Below, piece after piece: positions 21,040-33,430 of a stretch of DNA of 64,000 nucleotides (the first letter of the stretch is position 1; the number at the start of each line of letters is the position of its first letter). The position numbers and the translations under genes are program-made. The DNA is from Camelus dromedarius (lineage: Eukaryota), in contig NC_087450.1 of assembly GCF_036321535.1 (NCBI RefSeq), positions 53,940,001-54,004,000 on the forward strand, written 5' to 3'. Below the pieces are notes generated by a model that had not been told where the DNA came from, searched no databases, and saw only the letters and a program-made list of their open reading frames with translations.

Positions 21040-21777
21040 AAGAAGTGGCCATAAAGTCCATCACTCCAGATATATGGGAAGCAGGAGACAAAGGACAACT
21101 CGGATGAGTTTCAGAGGGACTGTAAAACAGAAAAAGAGATCTCACTAACGGTGTCGGTCTCATTATAAGCAAGCCAGGCAAGGACACGATTTATGGCTGG
21201 GTGCTGACTGGCCGGCAGGCATGAATTGCCCTCCCTCCCCAACGCCTGCCACTGTGAGTGCTCATCAGCCCCTGCGCTGGACGCTGATGGCTCCTGGGGA
21301 AGTGGTGCCACACTTGGAGTCTGAGTAAGAGAATGTGGTCTGGAGGTTCTGGGTGTTTAAGAACAGACTGTGCACCAGACAGATATTCTGAATCCAGATG
21401 CCCAGAACTGCCAGGACCCCTGAGTTCCATTACCTGCTGAAGAGACCCATTCTGCAGCTGCAGCCAGGGTGCAGGCTTGCTTTCCCAGCCCCCCTCCCAC
21501 GGTCCTTGCTTCACTGCACTTTCTTCCTATCTGTGAAACTGATCCTTTGTTCCCAAGATCTGTAAATTTTTATTTAAAACAGACTGAAATGAGACCACTT
21601 GCTGTATTTAATGAAGCAGGGGGTGGTAAAAAGGATGGTCAAGACTTCTTTAAAATGCCTGGAGAAAAGAATTCTGAGTATGGAAATGTCTACTGCCTGG
21701 TCATAGTTTCCCATGATGTGGCAATAATGAGACTGGGAATTCGTGAAGCCTCCCTCAAGTGTAGCTCTGAATAGTGA

Positions 21778-22286
21778 TATTCCAGTTACTATGGCTGCAT
21801 GACAAATTCCCTGAAATGTCGTGGCACAAAACCTGCCTTTGTCACGCTCATAGAATCCATGAGCTTACAGGGCACAGCAGGAATGGCTTAGCTCTGTTCC
21901 TTAACAATTAGCATCTCAACGGAAAGACTTGAAGGCTAGGGGGTAGAATCATTTGAAGGTTCCTCCACTCACAAGACACAGTTGATGCCTGTGTTGCGTA
22001 AACCCTCGCTGGGGTTGTTGGCCAGCCGTGGCTTCTCCATGTAACCTGGGCTTTCTCAGAACGTGGTGGTTGTATTTCCAAGGCAGCATCCCAAGAAACC
22101 TGTGTTCTTTAATGACCAAGCTTCTGAGGTCAAGCAGGGTCGGGTCACTTCCTCCTCATTCTAAGTGAGGCAGTTACCAAGGTCTACCAGGTTCAAGGGG
22201 ATCATAGATCCCACCACTTAAAGGGGGAATGTCAACATTTTATTGTAAGAAAAGCATGTGGGACTGGGTATAAACTGGCGTGGCCG
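21778..22286. mobile_element. MLT1 LTR, truncated at the MLT2 junction
   Basis: tattccagttactatggctgcatgacaaa...ttgtaagaaaagcatgtggga. Confidence 0.65.
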
Positions 22287-22289
22287 TGG

Positions 22290-22655
22290 ATTAGAGCTCT
22301 TCACAGACACAGAACCAATAGGATGTGTAGATGTAGAGAAAGATATTTATTTTAAGAAATTGGCACAAGCCATTAAAGAGGTTGGCAAGTTCAAAATCTA
22401 CAGGGTGGGCTGTCAGACTGGAGAACCAGGAATTGCCGATAATGCAAGTCAAATCAAAGGCTGTCTGCTGGCAGAATTTCCTCTTGCTTGGGGGAGGTCA
22501 TCAAGCCATCAACTGATTGGACAAGACCCAACTTTACTCAGACAAACTGACACATAAAATTAACCATCACAAGTCCACCCCTTGTCAACTTAGCACCCAT
22601 ATATATCTCCTTAAACCATGCTAATCTCCAAATAAAGATGATAACAAGGTCATAC
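22290..22655 (-). mobile_element. MLT2-type (ERVL) LTR remnant plus adjoining internal sequence
   Basis: cagacacagaaccaataggatg...gacacataaaattaaccatcaca then agtccaccccttgtcaac; recognised from memory of MLT2/ERVL. Confidence 0.7.
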
Positions 22656-23260
22656 TGTTAGAGCAGGCAGATAGCTAAATATGAGCAGAGAAGGGGGGTC
22701 ACGGGCCAAACGGCAGGAAACATACATCTTGTGAACAACCGGGGTCCTTGGGCCGAGAGAGGAAAGCAGGAACCTCCAGACTAATAGTAAACCACATATT
22801 TTGGGGTGGCAAATATCCTGGAGGCAGACAAAGACAGTTGGGAAAAGGCAGGACTCTCTGGCATCTGAAATGTAACCTTTTGCTTATCATGCCCTCATTA
22901 CAATAAAATTAGCCTTGCAGATAAGTGGTACCCATCACACACCAATGCCATGACACTTCCGATCTGGATTAAATAAGGACAAACTTCCCTTCTCCCCTCA
23001 GGAAAGTGGCACTGGGATGAACATCAGCGAATATGACCCCAAACCCCTCCCTCTCCAGTGAATATTCTGCCTGTTCATTTTTACACCTTATGTAACCAGC
23101 TTGCCAAAGAAACAGGGCCGGTACTCACCTGAGTCCGTCTGCTCTCCCCTTGAGAGCATCCTATCTATTGTTTAATAAATCCTTACTTTACTTTCTTGAC
23201 CTCTGTGTCTCATCTCTGAATTCCTTCTGCAGTGAGACAAGAACCTACTTCTACCTAACA
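22656..23260 (+). mobile_element. Solo LTR inserted into ERVL internal sequence (~600 bp)
   Basis: Starts TGTTAG, AATAAA 23174-23179, U5-like tail, CTAACA at 23255-23260; exact 3' junction ambiguous. Confidence 0.7.
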
Positions 23261-23620
23261 TGGTACAACTATCCTGTGCACAACTGAAAACTCACTAACG
23301 AGGATGCAAGGTCCTTGCATGATATTTACTCTTCTTGATATCTTGTAGCTTGAATACCATGATGTAAAGTTATCAATACTTAAATATGGCATAAAGTAAA
23401 TACACCTTATGTTACATGATAAAGGCATAAGAAAGGGAAGGAAATAGAGCTATTTGCCCTGTGTGTGTAAATATATATATATATATCTCCCACATTCATA
23501 ACAAAATCAGGAAGAAACACTCATGACAGTTATAGTCCACATTTCTGAAACTGGTCGTGTGGTCGTAGCTGGTATTTGTAATTACCCTCCTCCCCTACCC
23601 ATCACAGACTCCCATGCCTT
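23261..23620 (-). mobile_element. ERVL internal remnant continuing after the inserted LTR
   Basis: tacaactatcc...catgacagttatagtcc...ctggtcgtgtggtcgtagctggtatt resembles ERVL internal sequence. Confidence 0.6.
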
Positions 23621-23904
23621 TGTGCTTCACGCCACTTCGACCACAACAGCCTACTGATTACAGAGACCTGTCCTTTTCCATGTGGAGGGAAATACCAAGG
23701 TGTGGATACAAGGCGGTCAGGATCATCGGAGGGAAATTTGGGGGAGGGACTACCACACCTGGAAATAAAAAATATTTCTCCATTTTTCAGACGTCAAGTT
23801 CAAATTCTAAAATGGACAGAAATCAGGTGAGAGAGTCTGCACCTGAACTAGATCAGGGAGGCCTGTGTACGCCAGATTGAGAAGACTGGTTTAACCTGGT
23901 AGAT

Positions 23905-24081
23905 CAGCGGCTCTCAGCCTCAGTGTGCATCACCTGGAGGGCTTGTTGAACTGCAGATGTGGGGCCCTCCTCCCCAGAGTTTGATTCAGTGGGTCTGGGG
24001 TTAAACCTTTCATTTGCATTTCTCACAAGTTCCCATCGATGCTGGTGCTGCTGGCCTGGGACTTTAGTGTGAGAACCACTG
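23905..24081. mobile_element. MER5A (hAT-Charlie)
   Basis: cagcggctctcagcc...atcacctggagggcttgtt...gagaaccactg. Confidence 0.75.
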
Positions 24082-25586
24082 TTGTGCGTGAAGCAAATTT
24101 TAAGCCAGACAGTGACATGATCAGTGCTGAAAGCCTGTTAATGGTGCCTCCACAAGTCCATGCTTCACAAAATCACCAGAATTATATAAAATAAAAATCT
24201 GATCATGATTCATTCCTCGTCAGCTTCATTGAATCCGTCTTCTGTGGGTGAATATTTCCACTGTAGGTTTCCATTGCAGGCAACTCAAGGGTAAACTAAA
24301 GGACTTGACCCTAATTTCATTACAACAGTAGTGAAAAAAAAAATCATAGCTCATGAATGATCTGTTTATTGAGAGAAATTTTCCTTGAGCCTATCTTATT
24401 TTGCTGGAGAAAATAAGTGATTTCCTAAAGTTACAATCTCCCTTTTAAGCCAAAAGGGTTAATCTGTCACAGTGTCAACATAACCATGAATAATTCATGG
24501 AGTCAATAAAAATGTATTCAGAGCCTTCCTTCAAGCTGGGTTTACAGAGATTAAAAAGCCATTGTCCCTGTCCACGGAGAATCACAGCATTTTGGTTATG
24601 TAGTTGCCTTTTGAAGTTTTGAATTACTGGGGTTATTTGAGGCTCCCTAGGCATCCCCGGTCTGGGCATGTGAATGGCAGTCATCACTGGAACATGAAAC
24701 GCTGTAATTTCACTGGTCTTGTTCCCAGTCAGTGACACATGACCCTCAGTCATTTTTGTCAGCTCCCCTACCAGATATTTCTGGGGAGCCCCAGAGGCAT
24801 TTTAAACATGTTGGCAAATAAGCCCATTCCTTTTGGATACTGCTGGTCACCAGCTCTCAGAGCCGTGTCTGTGCGCCTGTGAGCTGCTTGGCTGTTGGTG
24901 GCAGAGCTGGGGAGAATGCCTCCCCCTTTGTGTCTCCCTCTGTGAAGTTCAGTGTTTCATTCCAGCAAATGTATCAGACAAGACGTCCTGGAAGATTCTC
25001 ACAAACACCAAGGGTGCTGGCTAAAATGTAGAAACAAATACACAACTTTGAAAATGAATGGATTTGTCTGAGAGAAAGTAAAGGACAGCCCGAGTCCCAG
25101 GAACAAGCAGGAGAACTCCCAGAAGAAGCAGGCAGCGCGGTCACCAGCTGCGGCAGGGGCGGGGCTCTGACTTCAGGGCTGACGAGGTGGGTGGGGTGGG
25201 TGGGGGCGCTGGGGTCAAAGCCTTGGGCCTGTGAAAGGAGGGGAGTTGGATCACTGATCGCCTTACGTAAAGGTAGGACCCAGGAAGAGCTACACAATTA
25301 AAAATAAATCTCATTAAACGGAGGCAGAGAGCAAATAAATTTGTCTGCCCGGCCTGGACTATGAGTGGATATAAAGGTCTCTTTTGAGAATTTGTGACCA
25401 CAGTCTGACCCTCTTGCAAATTTGGGGGCTGAATTTACTTTATTTGTAACATCTGAAATATAGAACCTTAGTCCCACAGGTGACCTGCAAAAATGAAGGC
25501 AAGTCTTCCCAGGGCGAGGGCACCCTCTAACCCAGGCCTCCAAAAAATGCTCACAGGTGGTATTCAAGGCACATGAGTGAGCGATA

Positions 25587-25620
25587 ACACACACACACAC
25601 ACACACATACACACACACAC
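25587..25620. repeat. (CA)n microsatellite
   Basis: Directly visible, one interruption. Confidence 0.9.
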
Positions 25621-25690
25621 TACATAAAGAAACAAGCACCTTGAGAAAGAGTCAGCAGGGACAAAAAATCCTTGAAAACTTCAAGTGTTT

Positions 25691-25858
25691 GAGGGAGGGT
25701 ATAGCTCAGTGGTAAAGTGTATGCTTAGCATGGACAAGGTCCTGGGTTCAATCCTCAGTACCATCATTAAAAAAAAGTTAATATAAATAAATAAACCTTA
25801 TTACCTCCCACACCCCCCAAAAAAACAAAAAACAAAAACTAAATAAAAAATTTTTAAA
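25691..25858 (+). mobile_element. tRNA-derived SINE, camelid Vic-1-like, near full length
   Basis: A box TAGCTCAGTGG (25702-25712), B box GGTTCAATCC (25745-25754), A-rich tail. Confidence 0.85.
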
Positions 25859-26699
25859 AAGTAGTATCAGAAATATCAGGCTGAGAATATGAATTACGTT
25901 TGATGTGTTTCTAAAAGTAGGAACTGAAGCATAAATAAGAAATAATCCAACAAAATGACCAGCGTATTTGAATTTTAAAAAGAACTTCTAGAAATTAGAT
26001 TATCTATAATAATTGATCTGAAAAACTGAGTAGAAAGATTAAATATAGACGAAGCTGAAAAGTGAACTAGCAAACTGAGAGATATGAAGGCATTATACTG
26101 AGTACAGAACAGAAACACACACGCACACAAATAAAAAGCACGGGAAGGAGCTTGTGTTACAAGGAGCTACAGAATTCCAATGTCTGTCTAAAAAGAATGG
26201 TGTCCAGGCAATATTTGAAGATGCAATGACTGATTGAAACAAATAAAAGGAGCAGGGAAGAAATTATATTCCAGACTTCTGAGATTGCTCTTTATGTGTC
26301 AAGGCGAGAGCGTGGTGTGTGTGAGGTATACGTGTGGATGTGTGTCTGAGTGTGCCCTGTTGTGTTAGCCTAATCGTGATTGTACCATCTTATCCCGATG
26401 TGAGAATTTTCTCTTTATCCTCATTTATAGTTGCTTACTTAGTCTGTCCTCCCCTGTCTCAAACTGATAGCTTTTTAATTTTTTAAATTTCAGTCTATGG
26501 CTTGGAAGCTGTGTGTTGTATTTCTTTTAAAGATATGTAATTAACAGTATATTTTCCTACCACAATCAGGAGTTATTTAGAATCTCAATCTTGCTCCCAA
26601 ACAGAAGGGTCTTTATCACACGTTCATTGGGCCTTCCCTCCCATATCCCTTGTTTGTGCTATAGAAAGTTATAGATTTACCTTTCCCCCAATATTTTAT

Positions 26700-26760
26700 T
26701 ATGAATATATTTATGAATATATTATGAATATATATATATATTATGAATATTTCATATATA
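26700..26760. repeat. AT-rich imperfect (TATGAATA)n repeat
   Basis: ttatgaatata unit recurs four times. Confidence 0.75.
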
Positions 26761-27999
26761 GCAAAGTTGAAAGGATTTCACAATGGACACTCAGGTACTC
26801 GCTGCCAAGGTTCTATTATTAATATTTCCACCCTTGTTTTATCATGTATCTTTCCATTTATTCATCCTCAAACTAGCCATTAATCCATTTTATTTTTTGA
26901 TGCTCCCAAGCATATTACAGATCATCTACCTTTGTTTTTAAACCAAATAAAACAAAAGAGCTATTGTTACTAATGTCTACGATTGATTAATTTACCAATA
27001 GATTTTTAATTTTTTTTACCACTTTGTTTTCTCATCTCTATACTTGCTGCTCATTTTTTTGCATTTGTAACTGCATGTGTCCCTGGTAAGGCCTTTTCTG
27101 CAGTTTCTTGTTCCATGTGATTGGTGAGTGAGGAAGATGGGGGAAAATGGCCTGTGTGAATCAGGCAGTGAATTAAAGTCAAGGAGCTCTAAGTAAGGGG
27201 CTCTAGATTTCTTCTTAGCTAATACCATGCCTGAACTTTATGAAGTCTATTTGCCTGCCAAGAGGTCTTAGAATATGGCAGTCTTAGAATATTTATAGAA
27301 GGATTGACTGGGACTCTTCAAGCATTCTGGAGGAAATAGAGTGTCTTGAGTTGCTCTCCATATTATTTTATTATTACGATTAAAATTTATTCTCTTCATA
27401 AAGAGCTACTATTGAATGCATAAAGAGTTTACCATTCAATCAAGTACCAATGTAAGACATCCATAACAGCAGCATTTAAATGTCAAGTTCAATTTTATTA
27501 TGCAATTTCAAATTGCATTGAAAGCAACTCCATATGCTGGACCAGTCTCTGAGGTCTCTAATACACAGAAGCATAAAGGGTTAAGTGCAGGATTGTTCAT
27601 GGCTTTTGGCTTAACGGGCTGTTTAGCTGATGGGAGTGAACATGCTGAGTGTCTACAAAATGAACCTCTCTCTCACTTAACGATGGCTCTACTTGGAAGA
27701 ATTAAGAGGAGAAAACTGATTCCTTTATGTGAGATATTGTTAAGTAATTTTTGTCTGGTTCTAAGGTAGTAATGTCTATGGCCATCAGCAAAGTGCAGGA
27801 GAACTATATTTTAGTTCAATTGATTTGTACTCGCTATCTTATGAGAATAGGAAGAAATGGGGGAAATTTTCTGTTTTTTTTTTCATCCCTTCATCAAAGG
27901 CTTATAAAAACATCTGTTACTTCTCTTTAAAATGGATATATCACAGTGCCTTCTCTATTAATAATTTGAATATTAAACAAAACCTGTGTTTTGATTCTG

Positions 28000-28190
28000 G
28001 CTTCATTATGACCTGTGTGTAGCCTTGTTTGGGTGACAGTGATTCAGAACCTCAGTTTCCTCATTTATAGGGATATTAACCCTTTCCCTGCAACACTGTA
28101 AAGAGAGCCTTAAACAGGTATAACAAAGTACCTGACCAGTGCTTGGAGCACAGTCAATACACAAAGTGTCCCCATTATTATGATTATTCC
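28000..28190 (+). mobile_element. MIR SINE
   Basis: cctgtgtgtagccttg...cctcagtttcctcatttatag. Confidence 0.6.
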
Positions 28191-28732
28191 TATTTTGGAA
28201 TTGCCTCAATTTTTATTTCAGCCTTATTTCCCCCAACTAGCTCACAGTTATCTTTGGATTTGTCATTTGGAAAACATGATGTTTTTCCTCTTAGAATGAC
28301 TTATTCATGACTTAAAATATCTTCAAACCAGACTAGGACCTTCCAGCCAAATTAAGAAGCTGGTTAGATGGCCACAGTCATACCTGGTGACCAAACTCAC
28401 AGATGATGTATTTAATTTCTCCCCGACAGAACAGGGTGGTAATACTCCCATCCCACATGTTGGTACCTCTGGTCTTCCAAGACAGTGCATTTCTACTTTC
28501 AACCATTTAACTGTTCCATCTGTGCGCTCTGTGCTGTGCTGTGGTATGAACGAAGGCGTCCAACACCAGGACCTGAAGAACTGTGCTTGAAGTTTGGCTC
28601 CATTATGACCTTGAAATTCTCTGAGCTTCCGTTTCCTCATCTGTGAAATGGGGAACTGAATCTCTCTAGAGTTTCTGTTTATCCACATCAGCAGTGACTG
28701 TGAGGACGGAAGATATGCAAGCCATGAATACT

Positions 28733-29400
28733 GTCAGTGCCTACTATCAATGTATTATTAACTAATAACTCAACTCAGAAGCAACACTGCAGAGATTCAT
28801 ACGCTACAGATTCTAAATTAGATCCATCCACAAAATCCGCTGGTCGAAATGTCAAAAGAGAAGTGGTTTCAAGACACTGAAACTCAAATTAGCTTCAGGT
28901 GAATGCTCTAGCTCACTTAACTGGGAGGATGGAAGAATGCAGGTGTTACTAGTTTCAGGCATGCTAATATCAGATGAAGTCTCTATTTCTCCTGTTTTTC
29001 TTCAGCGTGTTGGTTTCATTCTCTTACCAAGCAGACAGGCTTTCCCTTGAGAGTGAATACAACGGCTGTTGACAACTCCCAATGTGTATTCTTCAAATGC
29101 TGTGATTCAAAAGGGAAAGGTGCTTTATTTCTCCACTTATATCTTAAAAAAAAAAAAAAAAGTCTCAGGGAAGAACTCTCTGCCCAATGCTTGAAGTCAG
29201 GGGAAGGGGGCTCCTAGAGTGGGCAGGCTTAGATGAAGGAAGGAGTTTAGGGATTGGTAACCCCAAGAGAATGACCTGACTGAGTGAAGGAAGGGCAGTG
29301 GACCAATTTTCCAAATGCAAAAGGCCAGGCAGACACATGCCAGCTGTCACTGTGAGCATGAGGGAGGAAAAGCAGAGAGGATGATGGCTAAGAGTCTTGA
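28733..29400. mobile_element. Old MLT1 LTR
   Basis: ttggtttcattctc...caggctttccc...agtctcagggaagaactctc resembles old MLT1 subfamilies. Confidence 0.5.
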
Positions 29401-29457
29401 TGGCTTCATGAACTGTCCAAGGTCTTTCTTAAATCAGCCACTCTCCTGTGTACGATT

Positions 29458-29585
29458 AGTGTGACCACCATGTGTTTGTCTAGGACAGTCCCGTTTCATG
29501 CCTGTCTTCCTGGCATAATTATTTTTAAAAAATCACCCCTTTTTGTTCTCAAAAGTGTCTCAGTTTGGACAACTAATTAATTGCT
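29458..29585. mobile_element. MER81-like hAT-Blackjack element
   Basis: gtgaccac...ggacagtcccgtttcatgcctg...ctcaaaagtgtctcagtttggac. Confidence 0.6.
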
Positions 29586-30480
29586 GTAAATAAGATCCAT
29601 TAGCCGTTTGGCTTCAGCCACCCAACCTGTCTTAAATCATCCTAATCCTCTGACTCAGCTGAACTCTGACTGAGCTTTGAGCACCTCTCTGCCTTTTCTT
29701 TCCAACCCCCATTTCTGATGGCCTCCATCTGGGGTTCTTTTCAGGACATGTATTCTTACCACCTTCTTCTGCTCTCAGGAATATTCTGGATTTTGAATAG
29801 TGGTGATGAAAGCTTTAAAACCTGCCTATCTATCTTCTCCGAGCACCTCTGGTGGTAGAATTTTCCTTCCAGCAGCTGCTCTAAGTTAAATGTCCAGTCA
29901 CTTTCCAAATAGTGCTGTTTCTGTCTGTGCTTCTGTTCCTTCAAAACAGAAGCCCCCGGAGGTCCATCCGGCATGGTCTTGTTTCCTGTTTCCTATGGTA
30001 AATGGGGTAAGGGTGAGGATGGAGAAAGCAATCTACACAGTGTGATGATGGTGAGAGAGATACAAATTCTTGGTGACGTGTTTGTGGCTGTCTCCTAACA
30101 CCAGCCAAGAAGGAAGCAGCCTCTGTCAGCTTAGCCTGTTACCTCCTGACTGCAATCTTGCTGATCAGGTGAAGGTGGTGAAGAAACTGAACAAAGTAGA
30201 AAGTGATCTCAATTTCTATCTGAGAAAGGATGAGCCAGGGAAGAGGAGTAAAGAGTCAAGGAGACGTGGGGTGCAGAAATGGGAGAGGGCAGTACTGAGT
30301 ACAACTCCAGGGGCCACCCCCCACACTGTATTCTATCCGAGTGATTGGCGTTCCTTCCTCTTCATAACTGGCAGCACATGCTGTAACAAGTGCTCCCTGG
30401 GGCTCCGCCACGAGGCTCCAGCCAGAGAAGGAGAAGAGATGTCTGGTGTTTGCGATTGAGGATTTGATTAAAAAAAGAAA

Positions 30481-30506
30481 CAACAACAACAACAACAACA
30501 ACAACA
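30481..30506. repeat. (CAA)8 microsatellite
   Basis: Directly visible. Confidence 0.9.
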
Positions 30507-30666
30507 CCCAAAACTGCTGTGAAGAGAAGTTCTTGGGGGAGACAGTGTGTAAAAAAGGCTTTTTTGGAAGTTTTTCATTTATTCAACAAATAATATATAT
30601 TTTTCCTCTGCTCTGTGCCAGGTACTGTTATAAACTCTGGGGATTTGGCAGGGATGTACTAGCACC

Positions 30667-31480
30667 TGTGAGATAAAAGGAAAAATATGTGTATTGGTTT
30701 TACCCCAGGTTCCTGGCACAGGGCTTCTAAAACCCTTGTAATTTCCTAGCTGATAAGTACTGGGAGCATTTTTTTGTTCTAATGAGGCAGCTCTGAGTAG
30801 GCCCCTGGATGCTGCCTGGTCACCAGGAAGACCAAGCCATGATTAGAAGCTTTGAATTTTTAGTTCCACCCCTGCCATCCTTCAGAGAGGGGAGAGGGGC
30901 TGGAAGTGGAATTAATAATTAATCACACCTATGTGAGAAAGCTTCCATAAAAATCCCAACAGTAGGAGGTTCTGAGAGCTCTGGGCTGGTGAACATGTCC
31001 ACACCGGAAGAGAGCTGCACCCCAACTCCACGGGGACAGACACTCCTCCGCTCAGGACCCTCCCAGACCTCACCCTGTGCATCTCTTCATCTGGCTGCTC
31101 ATCTGTATCCTTTATCATATCCTTTAACAAAAAACATATGTGTTTCCTGGATTTTTGTGAGCTGCTCTATCAAATTAATTGAGCCCAAGGAGGGGGAACC
31201 TTTGGAATCTCCTGTTGATAGCCAATTGGCCAGAAGCACAGGAGATAACCTGAGTTTTCTGACTGGCATCTGAAGAGTGTGTGCACGCGCGTGCGCATGT
31301 GTGCGTGGTGGGGTTTAGTCTCGTGAGACTGAGTTCTTAACCTGTGAGATTCATACTGTCTCCAGGTAGACAGTGTCAGAACTGAGCTGAATTCTTGGAC
31401 ACACTGCTGGTGTCCGAGATCTGCTTGTTGGTGTGGGAAGAAACCTCCACACTTTTGGTGAAGTGTCAGAAGTGAAGAGC
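30667..31480 (+). mobile_element. MER21-like LTR
   Basis: aaaacccttgtaatttcct...ctggtcaccaggaagaccaagc...aggtagacagtgtcagaactgag...gtgtcagaagtg; family from memory. Confidence 0.65.
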
Positions 31481-31950
31481 TTAGTAAAGGAGACTCCCAG
31501 GGAAGAAGCACGTGGCAAGGAAGAACTGGATTTCCCCTTACATGGTTGGAAAGCTGACTTTTTCCCATTTTGGCATCTAACATGTATGACGTGATGCACT
31601 CTTCTGGCACAGCCTGCATTTTAGTGAAAGGGAACAGACAATGAACACATGTAATTAAGTATAAATTATAGCACTTTGGTTAATGACAAGTGATGGAAAA
31701 AATGTAGAGTGGGTGAGGGAGATCTGGAGTTCAGGGAAGGTAGCTGCACATTTAAAACGAGCAGTCATGGTAGGCTTCAGAGAGAAGATGGTATTTGAGC
31801 AAAAACTTGGAGATGAGGGAGAGAAAGGCAAATAATCTGCTAGAAAGCCTTCTAAGCGCAGCGAGAGCCCTTTCAGAGCCCTTGAAGAGGATGTGCATCT
31901 GGTGCGTTCATAAACAGCGAGGCCAGTTTGGCTAAAGGAGGTGGGGGAGG

Positions 31951-32053
31951 GGCGGAGGATATAGTTCAGTGATAAAGTACTGGGTTCCATCACCAGTACC
32001 TCCATTAAAAAAAAAAAGCCAAAAAACTCCTAAAAAAAGAAAACTTTAAAAAA
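31951..32053 (+). mobile_element. Same SINE family, internally deleted copy
   Basis: ggaggatatagttcagtg...tgggttccatcaccagtacctccattaaaaaaa; middle of the tRNA-like region missing. Confidence 0.7.
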
Positions 32054-32939
32054 AGGTGATGGGGAGCAGGAGATGAGGTGAGAGAGGAAGGGGAGCAGGC
32101 AGGTGATACAGAGCTTGCTTTGAGGTCATATAACTTCGAGAGTAATGGGAGCCCTGGCTTCCCAGCAGAGGCTTTTAATTGTATCTTTGCCTAATGCATA
32201 TTGATGGATATTATACAGTGTAATTCCTGCAAGAAATGGTCAGCATTTCTGTTTCTTTTGATTGTGGCTCACTGCTGATTCATTCAGGTGTCAACAGGCT
32301 CTGCTCGCAGTACAGGGCTTGCCACGGAGACGCACTTGTTGAAGGAATGAACAAATGAGGCGGGACCTCGATGTAGGTCCTCTACCTACTGTTTCAACTT
32401 TATTGCCCCCATTCCCTTTCTCGACTGGGGTTCCATCAGCTGCCTGCTCTTTCAAGTATATATTTCTGCCTCTATCTTTGTTCACCACAATTCCCTCCCT
32501 TTGAAATGCTCTCCCCAAGCCTTCACATGATTTGATTCTATCTGCTGTGAAAGACCCAGGATAAGCTCCCCTTCCTTCAGGCAGATGCTCTAGATCTCCG
32601 GCCTTCGTTGTCTTTTCTGGGCTCCTAGAGCATCAGTCTTCTAAAACCTTTCATTGGTTTAATCTGTCACGTTCGATAACTTTTTGGTGTTTATTTAAAA
32701 ACCACTGTTGATACTCTTTCTACGTGTTAGGCAACGAATACATAAATGGTAGATTATTTCTCAGGGAGATACTTCTATCATTTTTGTTTTATAGAAGCTG
32801 ACTGGATAAGAGAGTTCAGACTTGGCTGATCTCACGCAATCAGTAAACAGGGAGCGCATGGGGACAAGACCTAAGTTTTACCCCCAAACAAGCAGTAGGG
32901 ATTGTCTCTCTTATCCACATAAGGTTTAACCCAGTATTT

Positions 32940-33430
32940 CCTTTCCGCGTCCAGTGAGCTCCACCCTACGCCTTGTAAATCAAAAGCGGGCGCGGCCAGG
33001 GAAGCTTGTCCTTTACGGGATGCCGTAGTGGCCCCCGGCTGCTCGGGTCTGGCCGACATGGCGGCCTCCGAGTCAGCGCCGGCTGGGAATCCAGGCACTG
33101 CGGAGGGCGAGGAGGAGACGATTCTCTACGACTTGCTGGTCAACACTGAGTGGCCCCCAGAGACAGAAGTACAGGTGAACCAGGCCCCTCCGGGGCTGCG
33201 GCCAGCTTGGCGCGGGCGCTGCACCGGCAGAGCCACGTAGCAGGAGCCACACAGGAGAGGGGAGCCGGGTGGGCGGGGGAGCAGGGCTCCGCGCTGGGGC
33301 GGTCGCCCTGGCAACGGCACAGCGGGCTCCGGGGGTCCGGGTCCGCTAAGTGGGGTTTCCTGGGTTTCCTCCTGGGCTCCAAATTCGGTTGTCGGGGGCG
33401 CGGAACCTCGGGCTCTGAGGCTTGTACCTT
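32940..33430 (+). promoter_or_regulatory. NBAS CpG-island promoter / exon 1 region
   Basis: CpG-dense segment spanning the ATG; no TATA box evident; boundaries by eye. Confidence 0.88.
33058..33174 (+). CDS. NBAS: NBAS exon 1 coding part (39 aa, 117 nt)
   Basis: gacATGGCGG...GTA CAG|gtgaac in CpG island. Confidence 0.96.

Noticed and set aside
15713-21187. ORFs containing runs of X
   Set aside because: Artefacts of translating through N gaps; the same applies at 58598-58854
25691-25770. tRNA gene
   Set aside because: A and B boxes are present, but they are followed by a SINE body and A-rich tail and related copies recur; no convincing cloverleaf
14192-33057. Shared bidirectional promoter for DDX1 and NBAS
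   Set aside because: Starts are 18.9 kb apart and each gene has its own CpG island
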